This document shows, one piece after another, positions 18,879 through 26,870 of a stretch of DNA of 64,000 nucleotides. The DNA is from an uncultured Chloroflexia bacterium (GTDB taxonomy: Bacteria; Chloroflexota; Anaerolineae; Anaerolineales; UBA4823): assembly GCA_963698715.1 (NCBI GenBank), contig CAVORW010000003.1, positions 294,670-358,669 on the forward strand, written 5' to 3'. The notes below the pieces were generated by a model. The model ran no database searches, was not told the origin of the DNA, and saw nothing but the letters and a program-made list of their open reading frames with translations. The number at the start of each line of letters is the position of its first letter. Within the stretch, counting starts at the first letter, position 1. The position numbers were made by a program, and so were the translations under genes.

Positions 18879-18921
18879 ATCGCTACCAGCAGTAGCGCAT
18901 TCACTTTCTATGGAGGATAAT

Positions 18922-19266
18922 ATGCCTGGATCCGATACCACGATTTTGATTACTCGCAGAGGAATGGGGGAGGCTGATCCTGAGCTGCAAATCCGGCTCA
19001 TTCAAACCTATTTTAAATTGTTGGATGAGAGCAATACCCTGCCCGCAGTAATCTGTTTTTACGCCAAAGGAGTCCACCTGGTTGTGGAGGGGTCTCCGGT
19101 TCTGGAATCACTCCAATCCCTTGAGACCAAAGGCGTCCGGCTGATCATCTGTAACACCTGCCTGAATTTCTATGGCCTGGCAGAAAATGTGGCTGTCGGT
19201 ATCAAGGGCGGCATGACCGACATCATCGAAGCCCAGCGCCGGGCGGAGAAAGTGATTACGTTGTAG
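18922..19266 (+). CDS. DsrE-fold protein resembling the C-terminal domain of the selenium-metabolism protein YedF
   Basis: I prefer the ATG at 18922, with GGAGGA at 18912-18917. The pattern ILITRRGMGEADPELQ...LPAVICFYAKGVHLVVEGSPVLESLQSLETKGVRLIICNTCLNFYGL...GGMTDII matches, from memory, the YedF DsrE-like half. No TusA/SirA-like N-terminal domain is present. Confidence 0.55.
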   Translation: MPGSDTTILITRRGMGEADPELQIRLIQTYFKLLDESNTLPAVICFYAKGVHLVVEGSPVLESLQSLETKGVRLIICNTCLNFYGLAENVAVGIKGGMTDIIEAQRRAEKVITL

Positions 19267-19307
19267 TTTTCCCAGTGGCTGATATGGTAAGATATTTTAA
19301 AAGGGAC

Positions 19308-19387
19308 GGGGACGCTAAAATGTTGTAGGAAGATATTTATTAGTGTTCGGTTTGTGCGGCGTCAGTGGCACAAACCGAACACCAAAT
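19308..19387. mobile_element. MITE-like element (copy 1, right end truncated) carrying the ISKra4-like terminal repeat
   Basis: GGGGACGCTAAAATGTTGTAGGA resembles the IS terminal repeat GGGTGCACTAAAATGTTGTAGAA at 40701. An internal hairpin pairs GTGTTCGGTTTGTGC with GCACAAACCGAACAC. By my visual alignment it is near-identical over about 70 nt to the element at 36844..36941. Confidence 0.55.
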
Positions 19388-19443
19388 GACCCTGGATTGC
19401 CTTGCTGGTAGGATTGCTACCCTCTGCGACATTGCTGAACACA

Positions 19444-22400
19444 ATGGCTAACTCTTTAAAATTTTTCCTGTTCGGACCATTTCAAGTTTTTCGTAATAAT
19501 CGCCTCATTACACATGACGAATGGCTGTCGCAGCAAACTCGCACAATGTGTAAGTTCCTGCTTGCATCCAGGGGGAAGGTGGTTTCCAGCGAACAGATCA
19601 TCGATATATTCTGGCCCGATGAATCGCCCGATGCAGCCCGCCGCCGCTTGCATGTGCGCATTAGCCAATTGCGGAAAGCGCTGGGGTCAGGTAAATCTCT
19701 GCTGCAAACTGTAGACGGGGGGTACATATTCAATCTTGACGAGACCTGCTGGTTGGACGTGGATGAGTTTCTTGCCTTGCTGGCCGAGGCGAAGCTATAT
19801 CAAGAGGATGATCGACAACCTTTAGCTATCCGTGCTTACGAGCAGGCGCGCGAGCTATACCGGGGAGACTTTCTGTCCGAAGACCTGTATGCCGATTGGG
19901 CAGTTTCTCCGCGTGAATTCCTGAGCGAGCGTTTTTTAACGTTGTTAATTGAGTTATCAGAATGTTACGCTCAACAAGGACGGTTTAGATTGGCGATCGC
20001 GCTCTGCCAGGAGGCTCTGGCTCACGATCCGGTCCGTGAAACGATCTACGTACGTTTGATGCTTTACCATTTCTATGCTGGAGAACGTGTACAGGCATTG
20101 CGAACGATCGAACGCTGCCGCAAAGTCTTAGAGGATGAGTTAGCTGTTAAGCCGCTACCTTCTACACTGGAATTAGCGTCACAAATCAGGGATGGTAAAT
20201 TGTGGGCGGGCAACGACGCGCCTCGCTATCCTCCTCCTATATATGAAGGTCGCCTGTTTGAGGTTCCCTATTCCTTAAGCGAGATTCCTTTTGTGGGGCG
20301 TGAAAGGGAGTATGCCTGGTTGATCGAGCAGTGGCGAGACGATGGTACGCGTGTGATCATGATAGAGGGTGAGGCCGGGATTGGTAAAAGCAGGCTGGTA
20401 GAAACCTTCGCGGGCTATATCTTTTCCCAGAAGGCACGCGTGCTGCATGCAAGGATACCTTCTACAGAGCACTCGCCTTTGTTGCCAATTGTTACAGCAT
20501 TACGTCCACTTTTGGAACAGAACTTGAATCTTCCAACAACCACCCTGGCGGCTCTATCCACACTCTTTCCCGGGGTTTCTGTGCTCGCAGGCAGTCTCCC
20601 TCGACTACCTGGGTTGCCGCCCGAAGCCGAGCGGCAGCGCTTGTTCCAGGCAGTCGATGTCCTTGTCAAAGCGTGCGCCCACTCGCGGATGTTGCTGGTT
20701 TTAGACGACGCGCATCATTTGGGCATGGCGGCTTGCGAATTGTTGGTGCGGCTTTCAGGCTCGCTCAAAGTGTTACTGACTTTCAGAAGTGAAGAAGCTT
20801 CAACCGATCACCCAATCCGGTCTGTTTTTCGAAACGTGAGGGGCGCCAATAGTGTGGTTATTCGGCAGCTTGAACCGTTGGATTCCGATTGTATAAAGGC
20901 TTTGATCCATCGCTTAGCTGCCAACGACCTTCCCGAAATTGCCCAAGAGGTTGTCGACCTCAGTGGCGGTAATCCGCTTTATTTGGTGGCGTTGCTGCAG
21001 CATATGTTCGAAATCGGCCAATTATATGTCGATGCCATTGGCGGGTGGGGTATAACCGGGGATCAGGCGGTAACTATCCCTCCAACAGTGCGAGAAATTA
21101 TCGAGATGCGCTTGCGACGCTTGAGCCGTTCCCAAAGCCGCATTTTCGATCAGGCCTCGGTTTTTGGTGGGGAGTTCGATTTCGCTCTCCTTCAGGAGGC
21201 CAGTCGTCAACCTGAAAATAAATTGTTGGCGATACTGGATGAATTGATGGATTTGGCTTTGATCTTTGAGCCGCGTGACCGGGATCGCGGGGAATTTTCT
21301 ATTGCCCACGATTGTTACACTGAGATCGTTTACGAAACCATTCCCCAGGCACGCCGCAAAAAAATGCACCTCCGGGCGGCAGAGGCCATTGAAAAACTAT
21401 ATGCAGGGGAGCTGCAAAATTACTTTGGATTATTAGCAGATCATTTTGCCAGAGCCCTGGTCGTTGAGCGTGAACGCCATTATGCTTGCCTGGCGGGGGA
21501 ACAAGCTGCAGCTCAATTTGCCAGTCGGGAAGCGATCCAATACTTGAGCCGGGCATTGGAACTGACGCCCAACGATGATTTCACCCAGCGCTCTCGGCTG
21601 TACTTGGCGCGTGAGCGCGTCTATGATTTGCTGGGAGACCGCCATAAGCAGAAAAATGATCTGGACGCACTGGAGCTTCTGGCCAATAAATTGGAAACTT
21701 GTAAGCGAGCCGAAATTTCACTGCGCAAGGCTGCATACGCATGGATTATTGGCGATGACACGCTGTCAGGTCCGGCGCTTGAAGAAGCGATCTCTCTGGC
21801 ATATAACAGCCAGGCAACCGAGATTGAAGCAGCAGCCTATCTCTTGCGAGGGCGCGCCACTACAGATCAAAATACTGCCAGAGAGGACCTGGAAAAAGCA
21901 AGGATTCTGGCACAACAAAATGGGCTGCGCGGGATGGAAGGCGATATCCTGCGGTGTATAGGAAATGCCTTTTTTTGGCAGAACAATTTCGAAGAAAGTG
22001 GGACATACTTTGATCAAGCTCTCAAAATTCATCGAGAAGTCGGTGATCTGCACGGCGAACTATCGGCATTAAACAACCTTGGGTATTTAATGCAATTATT
22101 GGGCGATCCGAATAGATCGATTGCTTTTTACGAGCAGGGCCTTGCGATAGCCCAGGGTACTGGTGATCGCTTGGCCGAGGGCGTGCTACTGACTAATTTG
22201 GGCGATCTAACGATCCAATCAGGCAATTATGCTCGCGCCCAGAATTGGTTAGAGCAGGCGAAAGTGATCCGAGAGGAAATCGCGAATGAAGAGGGAGTCG
22301 GTGTGGCGTTAAAACGGCTGGGCGATGTGTTCCGGCTGCAGGGGAAATACATGCATGCCAGGGCTATGTATGAAAGAGCCTTCGAAATCAGTAAGCGCAT

Positions 22401-23115
22401 CGACCATCGCGAACAGCAAGGCGGAACCCTCGATTCATTAGCGCTGGTTCATACCGAGTTGGGAGATTATTCAGCCGCACAGAATTATTTTGAAAGGGCA
22501 ATAAGTGTTATAAAAGACGAGAAGTCACCGGATAGAATTCGCGCTCTGGCAAACAGGAGTTTGCTCTATCACCTTCTTGCTGATCATAAAACTGCCCTGG
22601 AATTCGGGATGCAAGCGCTTTCTCTGAGCAAAGACCTGCCCCAGATTCATGCTATAGCCCTGACAAATGTCGGGCATGCCCTGGCTGGCTTACTTAATTA
22701 TGAACAGGCACGCGATCATTTTGAACAAGCTCTGAAAATTCGCCGCAGTTTAAAGCAACCGCATCTGGCAACAGAACCCCTGGCAGGCTTGGCAGAATTG
22801 GCCTTGGAGCAAAACAACCTGGCTAAGGCGCAAGCCTGGATTGAAGAGATCTTGCAAATTCCAAATATTCAGACGTTGGCAGGGCCAGATCAATTATTCA
22901 GCGTATACCTGACCTGTTATAAGGTGCTACACAGAAGCCGGGATCCGCGCAGGCATGAAATAATCGAGATTGCGTTCAGCCGGCTGCAGGAACGTGGTGC
23001 AGCCATAGATAATGCCCGCTTGCGCCAGTCGTACCTTGAAATGGTGAAAGCCAACCAGGCAATCGTAAAACTTTATTCCGAATTAAATAGGAGTTACGCA
23101 GTTCAGAGGGCTTGA
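19444..23115 (+). CDS. SARP/AfsR-type regulator: OmpR-like winged helix + BTAD + AAA/STAND ATPase + long TPR array
   Basis: I prefer the ATG at 19444 (MANSLKFFLFGPFQVF...). BTAD motifs include LYRGDFL and a LAHDPVRE...Y..LM block. Walker A is GEAGIGKSRL and Walker B is LLVLDDAHH. More than 10 TPR-like repeats fill the C-terminal half. Confidence 0.8.
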   Translation: MANSLKFFLFGPFQVFRNNRLITHDEWLSQQTRTMCKFLLASRGKVVSSEQIIDIFWPDESPDAARRRLHVRISQLRKALGSGKSLLQTVDGGYIFNLDETCWLDVDEFLALLAEAKLYQEDDRQPLAIRAYEQARELYRGDFLSEDLYADWAVSPREFLSERFLTLLIELSECYAQQGRFRLAIALCQEALAHDPVRETIYVRLMLYHFYAGERVQALRTIERCRKVLEDELAVKPLPSTLELASQIRDGKLWAGNDAPRYPPPIYEGRLFEVPYSLSEIPFVGREREYAWLIEQWRDDGTRVIMIEGEAGIGKSRLVETFAGYIFSQKARVLHARIPSTEHSPLLPIVTALRPLLEQNLNLPTTTLAALSTLFPGVSVLAGSLPRLPGLPPEAERQRLFQAVDVLVKACAHSRMLLVLDDAHHLGMAACELLVRLSGSLKVLLTFRSEEASTDHPIRSVFRNVRGANSVVIRQLEPLDSDCIKALIHRLAANDLPEIAQEVVDLSGGNPLYLVALLQHMFEIGQLYVDAIGGWGITGDQAVTIPPTVREIIEMRLRRLSRSQSRIFDQASVFGGEFDFALLQEASRQPENKLLAILDELMDLALIFEPRDRDRGEFSIAHDCYTEIVYETIPQARRKKMHLRAAEAIEKLYAGELQNYFGLLADHFARALVVERERHYACLAGEQAAAQFASREAIQYLSRALELTPNDDFTQRSRLYLARERVYDLLGDRHKQKNDLDALELLANKLETCKRAEISLRKAAYAWIIGDDTLSGPALEEAISLAYNSQATEIEAAAYLLRGRATTDQNTAREDLEKARILAQQNGLRGMEGDILRCIGNAFFWQNNFEESGTYFDQALKIHREVGDLHGELSALNNLGYLMQLLGDPNRSIAFYEQGLAIAQGTGDRLAEGVLLTNLGDLTIQSGNYARAQNWLEQAKVIREEIANEEGVGVALKRLGDVFRLQGKYMHARAMYERAFEISKRIDHREQQGGTLDSLALVHTELGDYSAAQNYFERAISVIKDEKSPDRIRALANRSLLYHLLADHKTALEFGMQALSLSKDLPQIHAIALTNVGHALAGLLNYEQARDHFEQALKIRRSLKQPHLATEPLAGLAELALEQNNLAKAQAWIEEILQIPNIQTLAGPDQLFSVYLTCYKVLHRSRDPRRHEIIEIAFSRLQERGAAIDNARLRQSYLEMVKANQAIVKLYSELNRSYAVQRA

Positions 23116-23325
23116 TGGATAAACCATCTGCTCCTTCAACTGCGTAAGTGGTTCTCTCGCTAAGTCTCTAACACAGAAAAGATGGTTGTAGTGAACATAC
23201 ACCACACATCCTTCTGATTTAGCGAGAATACCAGTAAGCCCTATTAAAGTAAGAAATCAGTAAGGTTGCTTTGATACGCTATAGTCGATGGCTGTAGCTT
23301 TTTTTATTTCTTATTGGAACTGCCG

Positions 23326-23535
23326 ATGAGCCACTCCCTGAAGCGGAGAACGGTGATTTTTATCGTGCGGGTATGGGCGGAATATTTAAGCGAACAGCCG
23401 CTGCGCTGGCAAGGCGTCATCGAAATGGCAGGTACCGGCCAGAAAATCCATTTCTCCCATCTCGAAGAAATCGCCGAAATAATTCAAAAACACACCAAAC
23501 TGCTAATGGATAAGGAGACGAATAATGAAACCTAA
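23326..23535 (+). CDS. small hypothetical protein (about 69 aa), overlapping the downstream secreted-protein gene
   Basis: ATG at 23326 (the track uses TTG at 23314). The sequence is MSHSLKRRTVIFIVRVWAEYLSEQPLRWQGVIEMAGTGQKIHFSHLEEIAEIIQKH... Its last 11 nt overlap the next gene's start at 23525. There is no clear SD, so coding status is not certain. Confidence 0.4.
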   Translation: MSHSLKRRTVIFIVRVWAEYLSEQPLRWQGVIEMAGTGQKIHFSHLEEIAEIIQKHTKLLMDKETNNET

Positions 23536-26047
23536 GACTCTACTTTCTTTCATCGGAGTGGCCTGCCTGCTGGCTGTAGCAATGTCGATACCTGCATCCA
23601 GTCTTGCGATGCCGGTAAATGGCTCGATCAGCGGGACCATAACCTACGCTGGCAGTCATGACACAAATCACGAGGTTTTAGTGGCTGCCCACCCTGTTCC
23701 GGACAGCACCCCTCTGGCCGATGTCCATATTTGGGGGCCTGGAAATTATTCTTTGATTGGTTTACCGAATGGGAGCTACTATATCTCCGCGTTTTTAGAT
23801 ATTTACGATCGCGGCGAGGGGCCACCAGAATTTGGTGAACCGCTTGGCTGGTACGATCCCAATAGTGATGGCAACCCTGATCCGATGGTAGTGAATGACG
23901 GCAATCTGACTGGCATTGATATTGCCATGCAGGATATAGATAGCGAATATATCCAGGGTACAGCTTGCTATCTGGGGGGTGTGTATGGTCCAGGCCCAAT
24001 CGAAGTTGGGCTGCATGTCAATCCAGCAGATGCTCCCGTGGTTGCACGCAGCATATCCCGCCCTTGTGAGGAGTTTCTCTTCAGCGGCGGTCCGGCTGGC
24101 ACCTACTATGCCAGCCTGTTTTACGATGTTAACGCTTCGGGTGGTCCGCCAGAACCAGGCGAACCTTTCGGTTGGCACGATGCGGATAAAGACGGCAATC
24201 CTGATCCGATCATCTATACGGGCAACGTGATCACGGGTGTAAATATTACCCTGGGCGGCATCCTTCATGTAGATTTCAGCGCTTCGGGAACGGGAGATGG
24301 CAGTTCCTGGAATAATGCCTTCCCTGATCTGCAGGATGCGTTGGCCGCAGCCGAATCCGGCGAAGAGATTTGGGTAGCATCCGGCATGTACACGCCGGGC
24401 ACAACTCGAGATTCCAGCTTTGTCCTCAAACATGGCGTGGCGGTTTATGGGGGCTTCAACGGGACTGAAGCCTATCGTTTTCAGCGGAACTGGCGCGCCA
24501 ATACCACTGTCCTGAGCGGGGAAATCGGCGATTTCAGTACCAAGCTGGATAACACCTATCACGTCGTGATGACCGCATCCACATACGAGCATCCGGTTGA
24601 TGAAACCACTATCCTGGATGGTTTCACCATAATGGGCGGGTATGCAAATGTTGATGCCAACCAGATGGAAAAAGGTGGAGGTTTGCTGAATAGTTATGGT
24701 CATCCTACGCTGGTTAATTTGAATTTTATCGATAACTATGCGCTCAATCATGGCGGGGCAATCGCCAGCCAGTATAACAGCGAGCCTTTAGTGATCGTCA
24801 ACTCCACTTTTAGTGGGAACGGCGCCACAAACAATGCCGGGGGGATCGGAAACCTTTCTGAGATCGTCGTTATCAACAGCAGCTTAATTGGTAACACGGG
24901 TGGAAATGGCGGTGGGATCGTCAATCTATCTGGTGCACATGCGGAAGTTTATAACTCCATTTTATGGAACAATCAGGGTGATGAGATTGCTTTGCAAGGT
25001 ACTGCCACTGCTTCAGTGAGCTACAGCATTGTGGACGGGAACTTTATTGGCGGCAGCAACATCCTGACGATGGATCCGCTGTTTGTTGATGCGGATGGTC
25101 CAGACAATCTTTTTGGCACCTTGGACGACGACCTGCACCTGCAGGCAGGCTCACCGGCGATCGACGCTGGCGATAATTACCATGTGGTAAGTGACTTAGC
25201 CGACTCAAACGGCAACGGAAACATCAGCGAATTTGTCCCGTTGGATATGGACGGAGGCGCTCGCCACGTAGATGATTTGGCAGCTCCTAACACCGGAAAC
25301 GGCATTGCGCCCTTTGTCGATTTAGGCGCAGACGAGTATGCGACGCCAGTGGCTATAAACGGCGTGCGGATTGCATCGAGTATGGACCCAACCCTGTTAG
25401 GAGAAGCGACTATCTTTGCTGCGCGAATCATTACCGGAACGCACGCATCCTGGTCCTGGGATTTTGACGATGGCACTCTTGCAAGCGGGCCTTTACCAAA
25501 ACACACTTTTGAAGAACCGGGCCTGTATTCGGTGGCGCTGACGGCTGCCAATAGCCTGGGGATGCAGCAAGCCAGCGGGTTGGTTACGGTATACGAGTTA
25601 TTGCCGGTAAATCCTGGCAGCAGTGTATCCACAACCGACGGCAAATTGACCATCAATATTCCATCCTCTATCACAGGCACTGTGACAATATCGTACACCC
25701 CCCAGCCTGCCCCTTCATCCATACCTGGCATCTATGAGTTTGCAGACCAAGCCTTCGAGCTGCAGGCCACAGATGGTGAGGGACTCCCAATAACCGAACT
25801 GAGCCAACCGATTACGCTCACCGTCCGCTACGATCAAACGATCTTTCCCGTTGGAACGGATGAATCCACTTTGAATCTGCAGCGCTATGATACGGGTTCT
25901 GGAAGTTGGGTTGGACTGACGGTTCTCTCCCGCGATTTGGCAAACGACACCATCAGCGTGCTGCTCGATCACTTCTCGGAATTTGCTCTGTTTATTGAGC
26001 CTGCCGGAACCGGGCAAAAGTTGTTCTTGCCCATCATTCAACACTAG
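23525..26047 (+). CDS. secreted multi-domain protein: two N-terminal ~105-aa repeat modules, a right-handed beta-helix (pectin-lyase-fold-like) region, and a PKD domain
   Basis: Signal peptide MKPKTLLSFIGVACLLAVAMSIPASSLA. There are duplicated modules ending GEP(L/F)GW(Y/H)D...DGNPDP. Repeated GGAI/GGGI..N beta-helix-like turns follow. The PKD signature is WSWDFDDGTLASGPLPKHTFEEPGLYSVALTAANSLG. Confidence 0.75.
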   Translation: MKPKTLLSFIGVACLLAVAMSIPASSLAMPVNGSISGTITYAGSHDTNHEVLVAAHPVPDSTPLADVHIWGPGNYSLIGLPNGSYYISAFLDIYDRGEGPPEFGEPLGWYDPNSDGNPDPMVVNDGNLTGIDIAMQDIDSEYIQGTACYLGGVYGPGPIEVGLHVNPADAPVVARSISRPCEEFLFSGGPAGTYYASLFYDVNASGGPPEPGEPFGWHDADKDGNPDPIIYTGNVITGVNITLGGILHVDFSASGTGDGSSWNNAFPDLQDALAAAESGEEIWVASGMYTPGTTRDSSFVLKHGVAVYGGFNGTEAYRFQRNWRANTTVLSGEIGDFSTKLDNTYHVVMTASTYEHPVDETTILDGFTIMGGYANVDANQMEKGGGLLNSYGHPTLVNLNFIDNYALNHGGAIASQYNSEPLVIVNSTFSGNGATNNAGGIGNLSEIVVINSSLIGNTGGNGGGIVNLSGAHAEVYNSILWNNQGDEIALQGTATASVSYSIVDGNFIGGSNILTMDPLFVDADGPDNLFGTLDDDLHLQAGSPAIDAGDNYHVVSDLADSNGNGNISEFVPLDMDGGARHVDDLAAPNTGNGIAPFVDLGADEYATPVAINGVRIASSMDPTLLGEATIFAARIITGTHASWSWDFDDGTLASGPLPKHTFEEPGLYSVALTAANSLGMQQASGLVTVYELLPVNPGSSVSTTDGKLTINIPSSITGTVTISYTPQPAPSSIPGIYEFADQAFELQATDGEGLPITELSQPITLTVRYDQTIFPVGTDESTLNLQRYDTGSGSWVGLTVLSRDLANDTISVLLDHFSEFALFIEPAGTGQKLFLPIIQH

Positions 26048-26761
26048 TCGAACTAGCCCAATTGGGGCAAGGTTGGTTGTATGTGGGCGAACTGCGCCTG
26101 CCCACATACAACCAGATTCCATGTAATTGATTTGCAAGTGCTTGGATCAGACTGGCCCGGCTCACCAAGCTGGCGAGTTCTGCGACCTCGGGGTCATCGG
26201 ACAGCAGACCTGCCAGGCGCACGCTGTGGTTGAAGATATGATCAATTGAAGCGCTGTCCACCCCAGGGACTGCGCCGGAGCAGCTCGGTGTGATGAGCCA
26301 CGGATGGACTCCAGTATCGCATCCGGCCCGGTTGCGCCGACATTCGCCAAGCAAGCGGAACACAGGATCACCCGGTTGGTCGCTCCCAAACGGTAGGCCC
26401 GGTAAGCAAGCTGGGAGCCAAGCCGCAGACCTGCTTCGGCGTTGGTCGAGCCTCCAGTGCGCAGGCGCTTGATCTTTGAGTGGAAGAATTCTTGGTTGCA
26501 CCGCCGGTAGGCTCCAGTAAGATCTGGGACTGATAGCCGTAGGTGACGATAGCCACACTGTCGGCCTGATTCAATTTATCAACCAGGAGAATGAGGAATT
26601 GTTTGACCTGCTCGAGCCGGTTCTCTTGCTCCATCGAGCCGGAAACGTCAATGACAAACGTCAGGGATGCCGGCTTGCGCGCCCATTCAGCAACCTGCCA
26701 GCAGCAGGCCAGCGACCAGGATCAATTGGACAGATATGTAGAAGAAGCGCCTGTGTTTCAT
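26034..26761 (-). pseudogene. decayed von Willebrand factor type A (vWA) lipoprotein gene
   Basis: AGGAGG plus an ATG at 26759-26761 gives the lipoprotein signal MKHRRFFYISVQLILVAGLLLAGC, followed immediately by TGA. vWA pieces lie in other frames: KPASLTFVIDVSGSMEQENRLEQVKQF...VAIVTYGYQSQILLEPTGG, then KIKRLRTGGSTNAEAGLRLG...ATNRVILCSACLANVGATGPDAILESI, then a third frame to 26034. The expected SDG of the RVILLSDG block reads SAC. Confidence 0.6.
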
Positions 26762-26870
26762 CTTCAACCTCCTGTGCAGTCTGAATTCGAGTTTGAATCC
26801 AGCATAGCAGCAGCGAGGTTGCTGCGCTTGATAATGTGTTGATTCAGGCCGATAAGAAATTGACAGATGC

